A stretch of 64,000 bases of DNA, from the NCBI RefSeq assembly GCF_006345805.1, contig NC_043017.1, positions 1,922,001-1,986,000 on the forward strand, read 5' to 3'. Position numbers and translations under genes: made by a program. The notes under the pieces are model-generated. The model searched no databases. It had not been told where the DNA came from and saw only the letters and a list, made by a program, of their open reading frames with translations. Position 1 is the stretch's first letter, and every line of letters begins with the position of its first letter. Source of the DNA: Octopus sinensis. Its lineage: Eukaryota. Shown one piece after another: positions 13,681-26,654 of this stretch.

Positions 13681-14260
13681 TAAGTTGACACACTGCTCTA
13701 TGAAGAGGAAGAAAAAAAAAAGAGACACAAAAATCATTTAAAAATAAATTTAATCTTAGAATATGATTTATCGAATGCCACACTAAATTAAGAATAAAGA
13801 TTAATATTTCATTTCCTCTATGGAAATATTGTATTTATAGTTAGCTTACAATACTCTTAATATTTCATTCTGGGAATTTGAATCCAAATATCAGCATTGA
13901 AAGCAGAAAATGTAATTATGTATATGTTTTGTATGGATTGATATTTGTAATCATCAAAGAATGGTAAATGCCTTTATGTGTTAGTTGCAGGGAAACATTG
14001 TCAAGTGGCTTTAACATATCAGCAATTTTAAAGCAACATTTGAAAAAAAGGTTCTCCGTCTCCGAAAGAAGAAGAAATAATAGTTCTATTTTATTTTTTT
14101 ATTTTTATTTTAACGCCATGATTTTGCAGGCAAAATGATGAAATTGGGAGCTTGCAGAGAAATGAATAATAAGGTTATGTCGTAGCACTGAAGAAAGCGA
14201 AGCATGCTTTCATCCATAGAATGGGACAAGAAATAAGAAAAGGCTTATATGAACTAACTT

Positions 14261-14443
14261 ACAGTTCTATATTTAAGAATTATATAATTTATTTACATTA
14301 TTTAAATTTTTTCCATTCGACGGATATTTGTCCTTATCTTGTTTGCTGTTAACACAACGTTTCGGCTGATACAGACTTCAGCCTTCTTCAGGTGTCTTGG
14401 GAAAATTTCGAACCTGGGTTCACATTCCCAAGGTATTTCTCGA

Positions 14444-14445
<2 letters not shown>
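14261..14445 (-). mobile_element. Hammerhead-bearing interspersed repeat (3' part), preceded on the minus strand by (AAT)n
   Basis: Closely similar to 49505-49640 and, in the opposite orientation, to 23075-23210. Shared blocks: aagatRaggaca(a/c)atatcc and taaatatagaac-like tail. Confidence 0.75.
14351..14396 (-). ncRNA. Minimal type I hammerhead ribozyme motif (Penelope-type), core intact with an extra A after A9
   Basis: Minus strand reads gacac CTGAAGA a ggctga-agtctgta-tcagcc GAA ACGT T gtgtt. Stem I 5 bp (one G-U), stem II 6 bp, palindromic ACGT stem III, GUU triplet. Confidence 0.75.
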
Positions 14446-14512
<67 letters not shown>

Positions 14513-14523
14513 CATTATTATTA

Positions 14524-14602
<79 letters not shown>
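14446..14602 (+). repeat. (ATT)n microsatellite
   Basis: Direct reading. Confidence 0.95.
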
Positions 14603-14605
<3 letters not shown>

Positions 14606-14899
14606 TTAGTTTTATTTTTATAGATTGCTTTCACTTCACTACCGAGTCCATCAATGACCCTCTCCCAACTCCTGAAACTCTTTCAGATATTGACACTCAG
14701 CAGTTCAAGTGCAATCAATTTCACCGAACTTGAAGACTTCATTCTCCAGACACAGCAAATAAAACAAATAAAAGAACAACTCGAGGAAAAATTTAAAGCT
14801 TTTCAACTGTTAAGATACGGCAGCATATCACACGCAATATTTCTAAATTTGTAGATTAGTGGATTTATTTCACTTGAAATTCTATAATTTTTTAACAGC

Positions 14900-15145
14900 G
14901 AATAAGCATCCACAGCTAGCAAACCAGGCTACTCCACACTGATGAAGGACAATAACTGTCTATGGTGCTGACTTTGGTGGGTGGAGGTGCTGCTTATCTC
15001 CCCTGTTTAAAAACTTAACGACACAGAAGGGTTGTATCAGGTACCCAACTGGGATCGGTGTTTCTTGGGGCTAAGTAGTAGTAGTATTAGTAGTAGTAGT
15101 AGCATTCTTCCCTTTATTGGGACTGCCAGATTGAGTTGGCAACGA
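14900..15145 (+). mobile_element. About 220-bp hammerhead-bearing repeat, copy A (ribozyme inactivated by deletion)
   Basis: ccaca CTGATGA a ggaca-ataac-tgtct runs directly into atgg, so the GAAA/stem III/cleavage segment is missing. The downstream blocks match copy B. Internal (AGT)n expansion at about 15075-15102. Confidence 0.6.
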
Positions 15146-15751
15146 ACCATCATTTTATCGTTCTGCTACTGTATAAGTCTCTCTGAGAAATTTAGAAATG
15201 CAGTATGTCAATATATATATATATATACTAGCAGAAATACCCGCCGGATCTGGTGGAGCTCATTCTTTCCGAGGCATAACCGCAACAAATATCTTTTTGA
15301 GAGACAAAGAAATATTGAGAAAATAAGGCAGATGAAAGAATTAACATAGCAGTGAACTGGTAATCTATTCATCTACCCTGAAAAGATAGAAAGTAAAGAT
15401 ATCTTGGACAGGATTTGAACTGTGTTTGCACTGAGCCAGAAATTATAAACCCAGACCCAGAGATTCTTATTCGAACAGGAAGAAAAGAATGAAAATGGGT
15501 TGGGAATGCAATGTAAACATAATTAGAGAAACATTGAGAGTGAGGGTGGAAATGAGTTGAAAGTAACTTTGAGCAAATTTGGCTGTTATGGTGTATCAGT
15601 GGCAATGTTTTATTACGTGTGTCTATAAGAGTGATTTGGAACATTTTTAACATCTTTGCTTTGGTGTAGTTATGCAAAGGACTGATAATTGATTGAATAC
15701 TTTCAGATCAATAGATCAAATGCCGGTAAAAATTGGTTGTGTTTTGAACTG

Positions 15752-15797
<46 letters not shown>

Positions 15798-15860
15798 ATT
15801 TATATATATCTATATCTATCTATCTATCTATCAATCTATCTATCTATCTATCTATCTATC

Positions 15861-15910
<50 letters not shown>

Positions 15911-16704
15911 CCAAGTGAAAATTATGTAACTTCTGGCATTTTTTCCGACAGTTCATTACTAGACTTTTACTAGATTGATGTAATGGAGTAATGGAGTTTT
16001 AAACACTTATATTTATTGACAGCATATATTTATTGCTAATATACGAATGAGAAAACCTATTTTATTTAACCTTATTCAAAGCTAAATATATGTTGTTGTT
16101 TTTTTCTGAATTAGATACATTTACATTTCATTATTGTTTCTAAACTGTATAAACTTCGATAAAAAAAAAGTGAACTTTTAAGTATTGTACCTCTGTAACT
16201 TTTACTACTAATAGCGAGTGGAAAAAGTATATTCGTAACATGAAATCATGGCATTGTGGTGGGTAACACTCCACTAAAATATGAAGTTCTGGTTGCCTGG
16301 TCTTGCTAAAAGTCTCACACAAATCTCAACTGAATTAATACACTATATCTGTACAAATTGATAATTAAAAAAGTATTATGGTTGATTAAAACTTATTGCA
16401 TACATACTAATGTAGAATCTATTTAAATTTTATTACAAATTAATAGATATTTGTGTTTTCAAATATGGAAATCAATGCGTTATTTGTATAAACATCAGGG
16501 AGTAGGAAAAAACAGAAGCGAAAGAAAATTATTTTTTGTAGCTTTAACTATTATTACAACAATGGTGAAAATATTTTCTCATCATTGTAACACTCAACTA
16601 TGAGTGTTACACGTCATATGAAATTTAATATTTCTATTTTTCGTAATCAGTGAATATACTTCACTGAAATTATATATACATATATATTTTTTTTTTACAA
16701 AGTC

Positions 16705-16932
16705 TAGACAGGTATCTTCAGCTAGCAGGCCATGGTACCCCAGACTGATGATGAGCAAGACTCAGAAACTAGTCTCTGGTGGCAGGCTTAGCTGGATGGG
16801 GGTGCTTGTCTCCCCTTTGTAAACATAAGGACACAGGAAATGTGTTAAGGCTGTCAGGAAGCGTTGATGCTTCCTAGGGCTAAATAGCGGTGCTGTGATT
16901 CCCTTTATGGGACTGTCACGTTAAGTTGACAG
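16705..16932 (+). mobile_element. About 220-bp ORF-less hammerhead-bearing repeat, copy B (retrozyme-like or Penelope pLTR-like)
   Basis: Colinear similarity to 14900-15145: cagctagc, CTGATGA, ctt(g/a)tctcccct, gacacag, gggctaa(a/g)tag, ttcccttta(t)tgggactg(t/c)ca, agttg(a/g)ca. Confidence 0.65.
16719..16794 (+). ncRNA. Type I hammerhead ribozyme motif, apparently intact, with extended stem I
   Basis: ccaga(16740-44) CTGATGA(16745-51) tgag-caaga-ctca(16752-64) GAAA(16765-68) CTAG TC(16773-74) tctgg(16775-79). Stem I ccaga/tctgg is perfect. Stem II has 4 bp. Stem III is the palindrome ACTAGT. GUC cleavage triplet, predicted cut 16774/16775. Distal stem I: gcca/tggc and cagctag/ttagctg. Atypical U-A first pair of stem II. 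Confidence 0.85.
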
Positions 16933-17019
16933 TATACAAGTGCTATCTCTATATATATAGATATAGGTATACCTATATATGTATATATATATGTATGTAT
17001 GTATATGTATACATATATA

Positions 17020-17175
17020 TGGTGTGTTTAGGTCCCCGTAATATGGCGGTTCGGCAAAAGAGACCGATAGAATAAGTTCCAGGCTTACAAAGAATAAGTC
17101 CTGTGGTCGATTTGTTCGACTAAAGCCGATGCTCCAGCATAGCCGCTGTCAAATGACTGAAACAAGTAAAAGAAT
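17020..17175 (+). mobile_element. SINE family B 3' half
   Basis: ggttcggcaaaagagaccgatagaataag...aaatgactgaaacaagtaaaaga. Confidence 0.8.
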
Positions 17176-17221
17176 AATGTGTGCGCGCGTGTGTGTGTGT
17201 GAGAGAGTGTATGTGTGTGTG

Positions 17222-17262
<41 letters not shown>

Positions 17263-18374
17263 TAGTGTGTTTCCTTGCCGGGTATTATCGCGTCTGTGGC
17301 AGACATAGAAATATAGAGACACGTGATGTTTTCGTCGTATTTGGGTGTCGGTGTAAGCGTATGAATAATCGGCTTTCATCTGGCTGCAGAATGAAATAAT
17401 GGAACATGTATTGTGTAAGCCGTTAACAAATTGGAACCAAATAAATTAATCGAGAAGGAAAACTAAAATAAACACATATAAGAACTAGTTCGACAAATGC
17501 TCAGATCTAGCATATTAGATATTTAGGTAATAAATAACCAGCCAGCGGGACAGCTATGAAAGAAAGTCTATAGTAAAAGAAGAAACATGGCGTAAGAATC
17601 AGAGTGAGTGAGAAAGAAGGATTGAAATAAATTGCTAAGGGAGACAATAAGAGAGAGGAAAACTGAGAAACAGGGTGAGGATAAGTAAGAGGCATAAAGT
17701 GACATCGTGAAAGAGAGGGAGATGTCTTAATATGCTATCTGATTTTATTACAGCCTCATGTCTTCGGCTTATCAAGCGACAAGCCATGAAGCATACCATT
17801 CCATAATAATTTAATATAAAATAAACTACATTACGGCGTATTTCGTCGTTTTTCTCCTCTGCAAACCGCATTTGATTCCCCCCCCCCACCTTCACTCTCA
17901 CTCATTCACACGTTTATTCTCTTTCTACAACCACACACATATAAACATTTGGATCTAGAATATCAATAATGTTTTAATATAGAAAAACGAATAACATGAT
18001 CTAAATGACAATAAGAACAATATTAATAATGATATTAATACATTCTTATTATTACTGTAATTATGATAATGGCCATTTTCAAAATGAAAAGAAAATATTT
18101 CAAGACAGGGAAATTTAATATTGAGCTTAAAAGCATGTTTCTTTCTTTGTTATTTTGTTCTTCTCTTCTTTTTTAAATTCAGCTTTACATGTGAAAGTAC
18201 AGAAACACCCTTACATATATATATATATATGTTTATATATATATATATATATATTCAGGCATACGAATTACATACTCACATTTATGTTATACAACCGTGC
18301 ATACATACTGGCAAACACATGATTACAAACACTTATATGTCATATATATATATATATGTATATATATATGTATG

Positions 18375-18405
<31 letters not shown>

Positions 18406-18454
18406 TGTATATATATATATGTATGTATATATATATGTATGTATATATATATAT

Positions 18455-18508
<54 letters not shown>

Positions 18509-18606
18509 ATGAGGGGCACACATCTATGTTTACGACTGTTTGTGTATACGTGTATGTATACATGTACATTTATATATGTAATACGTGTGTGTGTACATGT
18601 ATATAT

Positions 18607-18644
<38 letters not shown>

Positions 18645-19174
18645 CGAATACGTAAGTGCATATGTCTAAGGTTATATATTTATATATAAATGCATATACA
18701 TATTTACATATATATTTATATATATATATAAGACGAATGTTTATATACTTACATATACATGTGTTCATGTTTGTGTGTGTGTGTGTGTGTGTGTAACCAC
18801 GCGTATACATACATAAAAAAAGCGTATTAATAATACTTAATAACATTTATTTATCCCACCATGCGCTAGTTCGATAAATTGTATCTATTGAGTGACGGAA
18901 AATTGAAAAATTGTATTATGATGTACGCAATTTCACCTAAGATTTTCACAGGCTGCAAGTGAAATATATCGCTATGCTATACGTTCCATTTGAGAGTGAG
19001 CTTCCGTTGTAGATATCATTCTCTAACACCGACTTCTCATTCCTAACCTGTTATTACAATTCCTTTCTTTTCTCGAGGTTTACTTATAAATTCACAAATG
19101 AAGAAATTCAAACACTGTTTTCATTTTCGGATGTGTTTAGGTATACATGTTCATACGGCTATATACAGTAATTG

Positions 19175-19407
19175 AAGGCGGCGAGCTTGCAGAAACGTTA
19201 GCACGCCGGGCGAAATGCCTGGCGGTATTTCGTCTGCTGCTCTATCCTGAGTTCAAACTCCGCCGAGGTCGACTTTGCCTTTCATCCTTTCGGGGTCGAT
19301 TAAATAAGTACCAGTTACACACTGGGGTCGATATAATCGACTTAATCCGTTTGTCTGTCCTTGTTTGTCCTCTCTATGTTTAGCCCTTTGTGGGTAATAA
19401 AGAAATA
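19175..19407 (+). mobile_element. SINE family A monomer (same tail as the tetramer)
   Basis: Full head + body ending gtaataaagaaata. Confidence 0.9.
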
Positions 19408-19540
19408 TATATTCAATAATTCCTCGCCACATCGCGGTTCACCTATCGCTGTTTATTATTTAGGCTTCGTCGATTCCTCCGTGCCGTTGTTTTGCATTTA
19501 TAATAGAATGAATATATACAAATTATATCCTGTGAGTAGT

Positions 19541-19785
19541 GGAGGCATGTGGCTTAGCGGTCAGCTTATTAAACTCATGATCGTAAGATTGTGGTTTCGA
19601 TTCCTGGACCAGGTGACGGGTTGTGTTTTTGAGCATTTCACGTGGCTTTAGTCCATTCAACTGGTAAAAATGAGTAATCCAACGACGTTCTGGCGTCCCA
19701 TCCAGTTGTGGTATTTATGCGCCATGGAAACCGGGAGACCGGCCCTCGGGGGTCGGCATGACACGAGAAAGTAATCTTTACCTTT
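19541..19785 (+). mobile_element. SINE family C
   Basis: Same head and core as 60617-60858. Confidence 0.8.
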
Positions 19786-20744
19786 GCTATATCTTGATTA
19801 TCATCGTCGTCGTCTTCGTCGTCATCATCATCGTCATTATCGTCATCCTCATCACCACTCCCACCACCAACACCATCCCACCTCCAACAACACCACTGCC
19901 ACAACCACCTTCATCATCATCCTCATACACCCAGAGTTGGGCTGGGTGCATTACAACAAAATGGAAGCCAGTATCGCCATCATCACTAACACTAACATTA
20001 CAGATATATGTGTTGCGTAACAACAACAACAACAATCATAATCACAATACTATCCTTTAATAAAGTTTCCACCTAAACCCAAACTGGAACCATCCGCCTT
20101 CCATTCAACTATGTCTGTCTGAGATTTCATCCTAAAATCAACAGACAAAATGTCTCTTAAAGGGCATCCCTGGTGTCTTAGAGGAGGGACGAAAACATTA
20201 ATGTGGCTTGGTCTCTTTGCAATGGGAAAAGTTCTGCCGAAGCAAAGTCGGTAAGAAATTAAAGAGAAGAACATCACACGGAGAAATGACAACCATCGAT
20301 GTTGTGATTCAGGCGGTGAATATCTTAAATAAAAGATGAGATGTTGACGATGTGAAAGCCATTGATTGAACAGAGAGAGAAGAAGGCGATGGGCTTAAAC
20401 AACAAAAATAACGTTAGGCATAACGTGCAATTATCACGAGAGTCACCGATGCCGCCGACACCACCACCACCACCACCACCACCACAGTCAACAACAACAA
20501 CAACAACAACGAGAACTTCAACATCAACAACAACAACAACAACAGTAATAACAAGACACGTTACAAAATATTAAACAAAAATCGATCGACTCTGCGAGAG
20601 TAATATTAATCACAACTTGCGTATCAATAACAATAATAAGGTTGGAAATATTGAAATCTCAAAATATTTCGACATTTTTGCAGATTTATTAGAAAATAGA
20701 AATATGATGTATATATTTTTGAGTCGATATACATACATACATAC

Positions 20745-20791
<47 letters not shown>

Positions 20792-20793
20792 CA

Positions 20794-20886
<93 letters not shown>

Positions 20887-20918
20887 ATATATAATATATA
20901 TATTATATATATATATAC

Positions 20919-20963
<45 letters not shown>

Positions 20964-21231
20964 ATATTATATTATATATATATAGACATATATATATATA
21001 TGTATATATATAATATATCTATTTAATATAAGTATATATATGTTGTATATGTTATATGTATTTGAAGAAAGCGGTTGGGAGAGGGAAAGAGGTTGACTTC
21101 TCAGTCTCTCAATCGAACCTGCTGCAAATAGGAAAAAAATGAATGTATATATGTATATATATGTATGTGCACATTAATATTTGTAAAAATAATTTTCCCT
21201 CTATGTGTGCGTGTTCCTGCTTGTGTGTATA

Positions 21232-21272
<41 letters not shown>

Positions 21273-21462
21273 AGAGAGAGAGAGAGAGAGAGAGAGATAG
21301 AGGAAGGAGAGAGATGTATATATGTGTATATACATATGCATAAATATTTGAGCGTATACACTCACAAACGTGCGTACAAGCACTCATACAAATACAAGCA
21401 CACACACGGAGCTATTTACTGGGTGTCGAAAAAGTGTCGGAAAAGCGGAAAGAAAGAAAGAA

Positions 21463-21509
<47 letters not shown>

Positions 21510-21855
21510 CATAGATATACTCGGGGACGCCAAACGTTACCGAAGATTAGCCTTCTGGAAGATGACGTGACGAAACGCAAAAATCTATTTTCACATTGAT
21601 TTCCATGTTGATATGGAATGCTATACAAATGTGGTTCTAGACAAAAATTGCTCCGCCTTAAAGAATTTGGTTTTAAGATAAATACATACGTACATACATA
21701 TAATATAATATTTTATCATCATGCGCCCTTTTCGAGCCTAGCCGGACTCATGGGCCCGGTTTCCCGGTTTCTATGGTGTATGTGTTCCCCCCAGCTTGAC
21801 GGTACACCAGTCCATCCCAGCGTTACTCAAGAAGCAGGAAGAAAGAGTGAGAGAA

Positions 21856-21959
21856 TGTTGGGGCAAAAGAGTACAAAAGGGGTCGAAAGAGTAGAAAAGG
21901 GGGCGAAAGAGTAGAAAAGGGGGCGAAAGAGTAGAAAAGGGGGCGAAAGAGTACAAAAG
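21856..21959 (+). repeat. 20-bp minisatellite (aaaagggggcgaaagagtag), about 5 copies
   Basis: Direct reading. Grows from the end of a SINE-derived segment. Confidence 0.9.
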
Positions 21960-22004
21960 TGGTTGAGGAGAAATCTTTAATCAACAATCCTCGTAAATAT
22001 ATTT

Positions 22005-22330
22005 ATGACTCCACCGTATATGACGACGAGGGTTCCAGTTGATCGGAACAATGGGACAGTCGGCTCGTGGAATTAACGTGCAAGTGGCTCAGCACTCTAC
22101 AGACACGTATACATTTAATGTAGTTCTCAGGGGGATTTAGTGTGACAGAGTGTGACAAAGCTGGGTCTTCGGAATACAAGTACAACTCATTTTTTGCCAG
22201 GTGAGTGGATCGGAGCAACGTGAAATAAAATGTCTTGCTCAAGGACTCAACGTGTTGCCGGAGATTGAACTCACGACCTTCCAATCGTGAGCCAAATACC
22301 CTAACCACTAAGCCACGCATCTTCACTGTG
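22005..22330 (-). mobile_element. SINE family C-type head with RTE-like tail shared with family D
   Basis: Reverse complement of atgcgtggcttagtggttaggg...gagttcaatctcc. Tail gctgagccacttgcacgttaattccacgagc. Confidence 0.8.
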
Positions 22331-23074
22331 TGTGTGTGTGTGTTGTGTGTGCGTGTGTATTGCGGCTAATGAGGTTTTACAGTAGAGGCAACTTCATGGT
22401 TAGCTAACCGGTTTCCGCTGTTGCTCAGTTGAGCAAAGTTATGGAGGATCTTCCATCACTTGTAATGCCTATACGTTGATCAAAACAATAAATAGTCATG
22501 CCATGTATGTGTGTATGTGTGTGTTTGAGAGAGAGAGAGAGAGAGGGGGGATTTACATGTTACTTTCAGACACGTTATCTAAACTGAAAATATATAATGT
22601 AATTACTAAACCTATTACATCATAAATATAATTTCCTTTTTATAATTTCCCAGGTTAATGAAGACTCCAGGGCATTTATGCTATACACATACATGTTTTT
22701 GTTTTCCTGTTTTTTGTTTAAATTTTATTTATTTCTTATATTTAAATCATAATAGTCTTAACCTTTTGAAAAGGACAAAAATCCATATCTTTTATACGTT
22801 TTACATCTGTCATTATGATTTCGTGACCCAGCATGGCCAGCTAGGTGAGTAATTTGCTTGAAAAACTACGATCGACGAATAGTAATTTCAGATTACATCA
22901 ATTCTTCGTAGCTCTTTCCATCTCGAACACTTGTTCGCATTGCCATTAAGCTCTATCAAATCAGTTTGCAATTACGTCTTTACTCTTCAGCGAAGACCAT
23001 GTCTTGTTTATACGCCAACCCTTGAGTCGCATCCCTAAGGTATTTTTTGAATGCAAGGGTTAGGTTTTTGAATG

Positions 23075-23210
23075 CTGGGTTGGGTTCAAAATTCCACCAG
23101 GACACCTGATGAAGGTTGGAGAGTAAACAAACAAGATGAGGACACATATCCATCCAATGTAAGTTTGTAAATAATATACAGAATTCCTCACCAATAAAAT
23201 ATAGAACAGT
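23075..23210 (+). mobile_element. Third, internally deleted copy of the hammerhead-bearing tail family
   Basis: gacac CTGATGA aggttggagagt, then the GAAA segment is deleted, then aaacaagatgaggacacatatcc ... aaaatatagaac. Confidence 0.65.
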
Positions 23211-23219
23211 AACATAATC

Positions 23220-23600
23220 AATGCTTCCGCATCTCAGACATTATCATGTTATCACAATCTGTGCATCTCTCCTTACTTCAAACTTCATCATCTCTCTTCA
23301 CCCTAGATTCTTTCTCTTCGCCAAAGTCGGAATTTCTCATCGTCATATTACATCCTCTCACAACTGTCTGTCGCCTCACCCAGCCTTACCATTCTCGTCC
23401 CAGTCTCTGTCTGCTAACAATAGTCTTTGTTACCTGACCAATGTCTTTGCATCCTTACAACAGCCTATGTTTCCTCTCCCAACCAACCAACTCACACTCG
23501 CTCACCACTCCACACTCTTCTCATCACAACATAGTCCATTTCTCGTAACTAGTATCCAACTCCTTCCCTCACCACACACTATATCTCTCTTCACACTATA
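23220..23600 (-). mobile_element. Possible RTE-like LINE endonuclease relic
   Basis: Purine-rich minus strand with DAKT..QRLLLAD..W, resembling the APE C-terminal QHRLLV.D motif. Weak. Confidence 0.3.
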
Positions 23601-24371
23601 GTCGATGTCCCTACTGCCAAGCTCCTCAATATAGACTCTATTTAGAACCACTAATAACATGTGTATTTTTCATCGTACAGGCTCGCCCTATTGCCTCTCT
23701 CTAAAGAGTCACTATAGAAGCATTTATTTATATAAATCTAGATAAATAACCCAACAGGAAAAGGAATGTCGGGCTGAATGCTTCATTGTGTCCATCGCAG
23801 CAAATAAACATAACCAATTACATCTGACGATCGAAAGTGTATTTTATTGCCTGTCAAAATACGCACACGCGTGTAATCTCACTCCCACACGCGTCGTCAC
23901 ATGCATCGGAATATCTAGGAATACATTCACATAAGCAGAGAAATATCTAGATGTGTAGACGTATTCTCAAATATATATAAGTATACACACACGCACACAA
24001 ACCTCATACTCACATATATATTCATATATGCGTGAGGGTGTGATTGTATGTGGACATATATGTGAGCATTGGGTATGTATATATATTCACACATCTCTAT
24101 ATAACCACATCTCTGAATCTCATCATTTATATATATATATATATATATACAAATACATATACATATATGTGTTCGTATGTTTGTGTGCGTGCGTGTACAT
24201 ATATATATATATATGTACATTTGTATATATATATATATATTACACAATATATGCATAAAATATATATACGTACATGTATATACAAATACATATACATATA
24301 TGTGTACATATTTATACATATCTAAATATATACTTACACGACATATTCTTATATGTGTATATGTATGTGTG

Positions 24372-24422
<51 letters not shown>

Positions 24423-24942
24423 AGAGGGCGAGAGAGAGAGAGAGAGAGGACAGAGAAAGAAAATATGTGAGGGAAAATGAAAACAATACTTAAACGAAAA
24501 ATCCCATTTTAATATTACATTTGGTAAATTGGATCTGTTTGAAACATCGACAGCTATTTCTTTGACAATATATGATAATTTGGCAATATATTCCTTTCTA
24601 TAAATCTATGGAATATTTTTTTCTTCTCTCTCAGGTTGGCTTTATTGAAGATTCTGTCATATCCTTTCTTTTAATTTTTTTTCTTGTGTCTGAGTGTGTG
24701 TATCCGTAAATGATATATCGTACATAACATAGCAATATATATTGGTTCCTTTCTTAGGCAGAAGGCCAGTCGTTTTCCTGTAACAAATTTACACGAATGT
24801 TTGTGGGAAATATATAAGCAAGAATTTCACATAAATATATTGATGTTATATATTGCATTTTACCACAGTTTGGAGGGAAATTTTAAATTTCAGGTCTGTG
24901 CCTTGCAGGGTGACGCTCCATGCATTTTTCTTTCTTCATATA

Positions 24943-25507
24943 TTGGGATGTCCGGAAAGTTCGTGCCGATTTATAGTAGCTTACCTTCCGACTCATTTTA
25001 AACATGGTTGAGTCCATAAAATAGGATTTGACTGTACCTCCATTTAAAGCACAGTTTAAGCTATCTTTTCGTAGAAGAAGGTTTATGTTCCTATAACCTG
25101 TGTTAATTCTGTAATCCTTTAAAATAGAAGATAAGAAAGTTCATTTTCAGCACTTGATGTTTTGGGAACCAGACAAAAATTGCTGCAGCTCGGCTGGGAT
25201 CTGTTACCCCACCCTCCATATTCCCTAGATATTGTTCCTTCGGATTTCCTCTTATTCAGGTCTCTGCAGAATAGTCTTAATGGTAAAAATTTCAATTCCT
25301 TGGATGACGTAAAAAGATAATTTGATGAATTCTTTGCCATGAAACCACCTCAGTTCTGGGAAGAGGGTATTTTCAAGTTAAAAGAAAGATGGAGACGCAT
25401 TGTGCAACAATATGGTTCATATTTGGTTGATTAAAAATGTAATGGCAAGTATTTATTGACCTTTTTCTTTCCTTTAAAAATCGGCTCGAACTTTCCGGAC
25501 AACCCAA
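24943..25507 (+). mobile_element. Internally deleted mariner (DD34D type) with both TIRs and TA target duplication
   Basis: TIRs ttgggatgtccggaaagttcgtgccgattt / aaatcggctcgaactttccggacaacccaa, TA at 24941-42 and 25508-09. Residual PPYSLDIVPSDFLLFRSLQNSLNGK..WEEGIFKLKERWRRIVQQYGSY. Confidence 0.92.
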
Positions 25508-26654
25508 TACAATTTGAATTATAGTCATTGCTTTCTTTATTTCTATCAACTAATATTATCAATGATTTTGGTCGCTTGCAAGAATAGCAATCCCTACAAT
25601 CGTATTGTGCACTATTTATTTTACCAGTAATAGTTCATGTTTATTTGTACTACTATGGCGTACACTCGCTATATTTTTCTTCCTCTACGCTTAATGCACC
25701 GACTTCGTCAAACCAAGGACAGCATCTTTCATGTTTCTCACTCTTTTTGGCTTTATATATATATACACATATATATACACATGCATACATATAGTTTTCT
25801 GCTTACACATACCTAGTCACAGCCTATTCCATCGTTCTCCCAAGCACCTTATGTATCAGGGCTCGTCTTCACCACTGATTACGAACCCGATTGCCCTCCA
25901 CCACCAATCACAATGCAGCGACCGTCACCCTATCACCCGTCCTTCCAAATTACAGCTGTTCAACATTCTTTTGATTGTCACAGCTGCATCGTTGAAATAA
26001 TAAGAAATTTCAAACGAAAACATTTCCCTTTCCATTTAGCCTTCCATTCGACAAGTCTTTTCATATATTTCGAATGATTTTCCATGCGAAAGAATAATAC
26101 TGACAGTCAGGTGTCAACTGAAACCATATCGTCTGCTAAACGCCCATCTGTATTGTTTTTAAACCGTTGGGACATAGACACGATTGTACAACAGTGTTAT
26201 CACCTTATTTTAACTTTGTATCAATACGCTGCACGATGGTGAATCTTCTTGTAACATAATATTAAAACAACAAACAATTGCAGTATTTAATTCCAGGCTG
26301 CACAGGAAATGAATCTTTTATCAGCCGCTAGAAAGATTCACAAACGTTTAAAACGTGATTGGATGTAGGTCGTCTAATTTCCTACAATAATTACAGGCAG
26401 CAGCTTCAACTAAACAATTCCTATGAAATAATATGTGTGTGTATATGTGTGTACGTATGTATGTATGTATGTATGTATGTATGTATGTATGTATGTATGT
26501 ATGTATGTATGTATGTATGCATGTATGTATGTGTACGTAGGTTTGTACGACTATGTATTTTCGTCAGTGCGTACATAAATATGTACATCTATGTGTATAC
26601 ACGTATATATATATATATATGCACATATGCATATATATATATATGTATATATAG

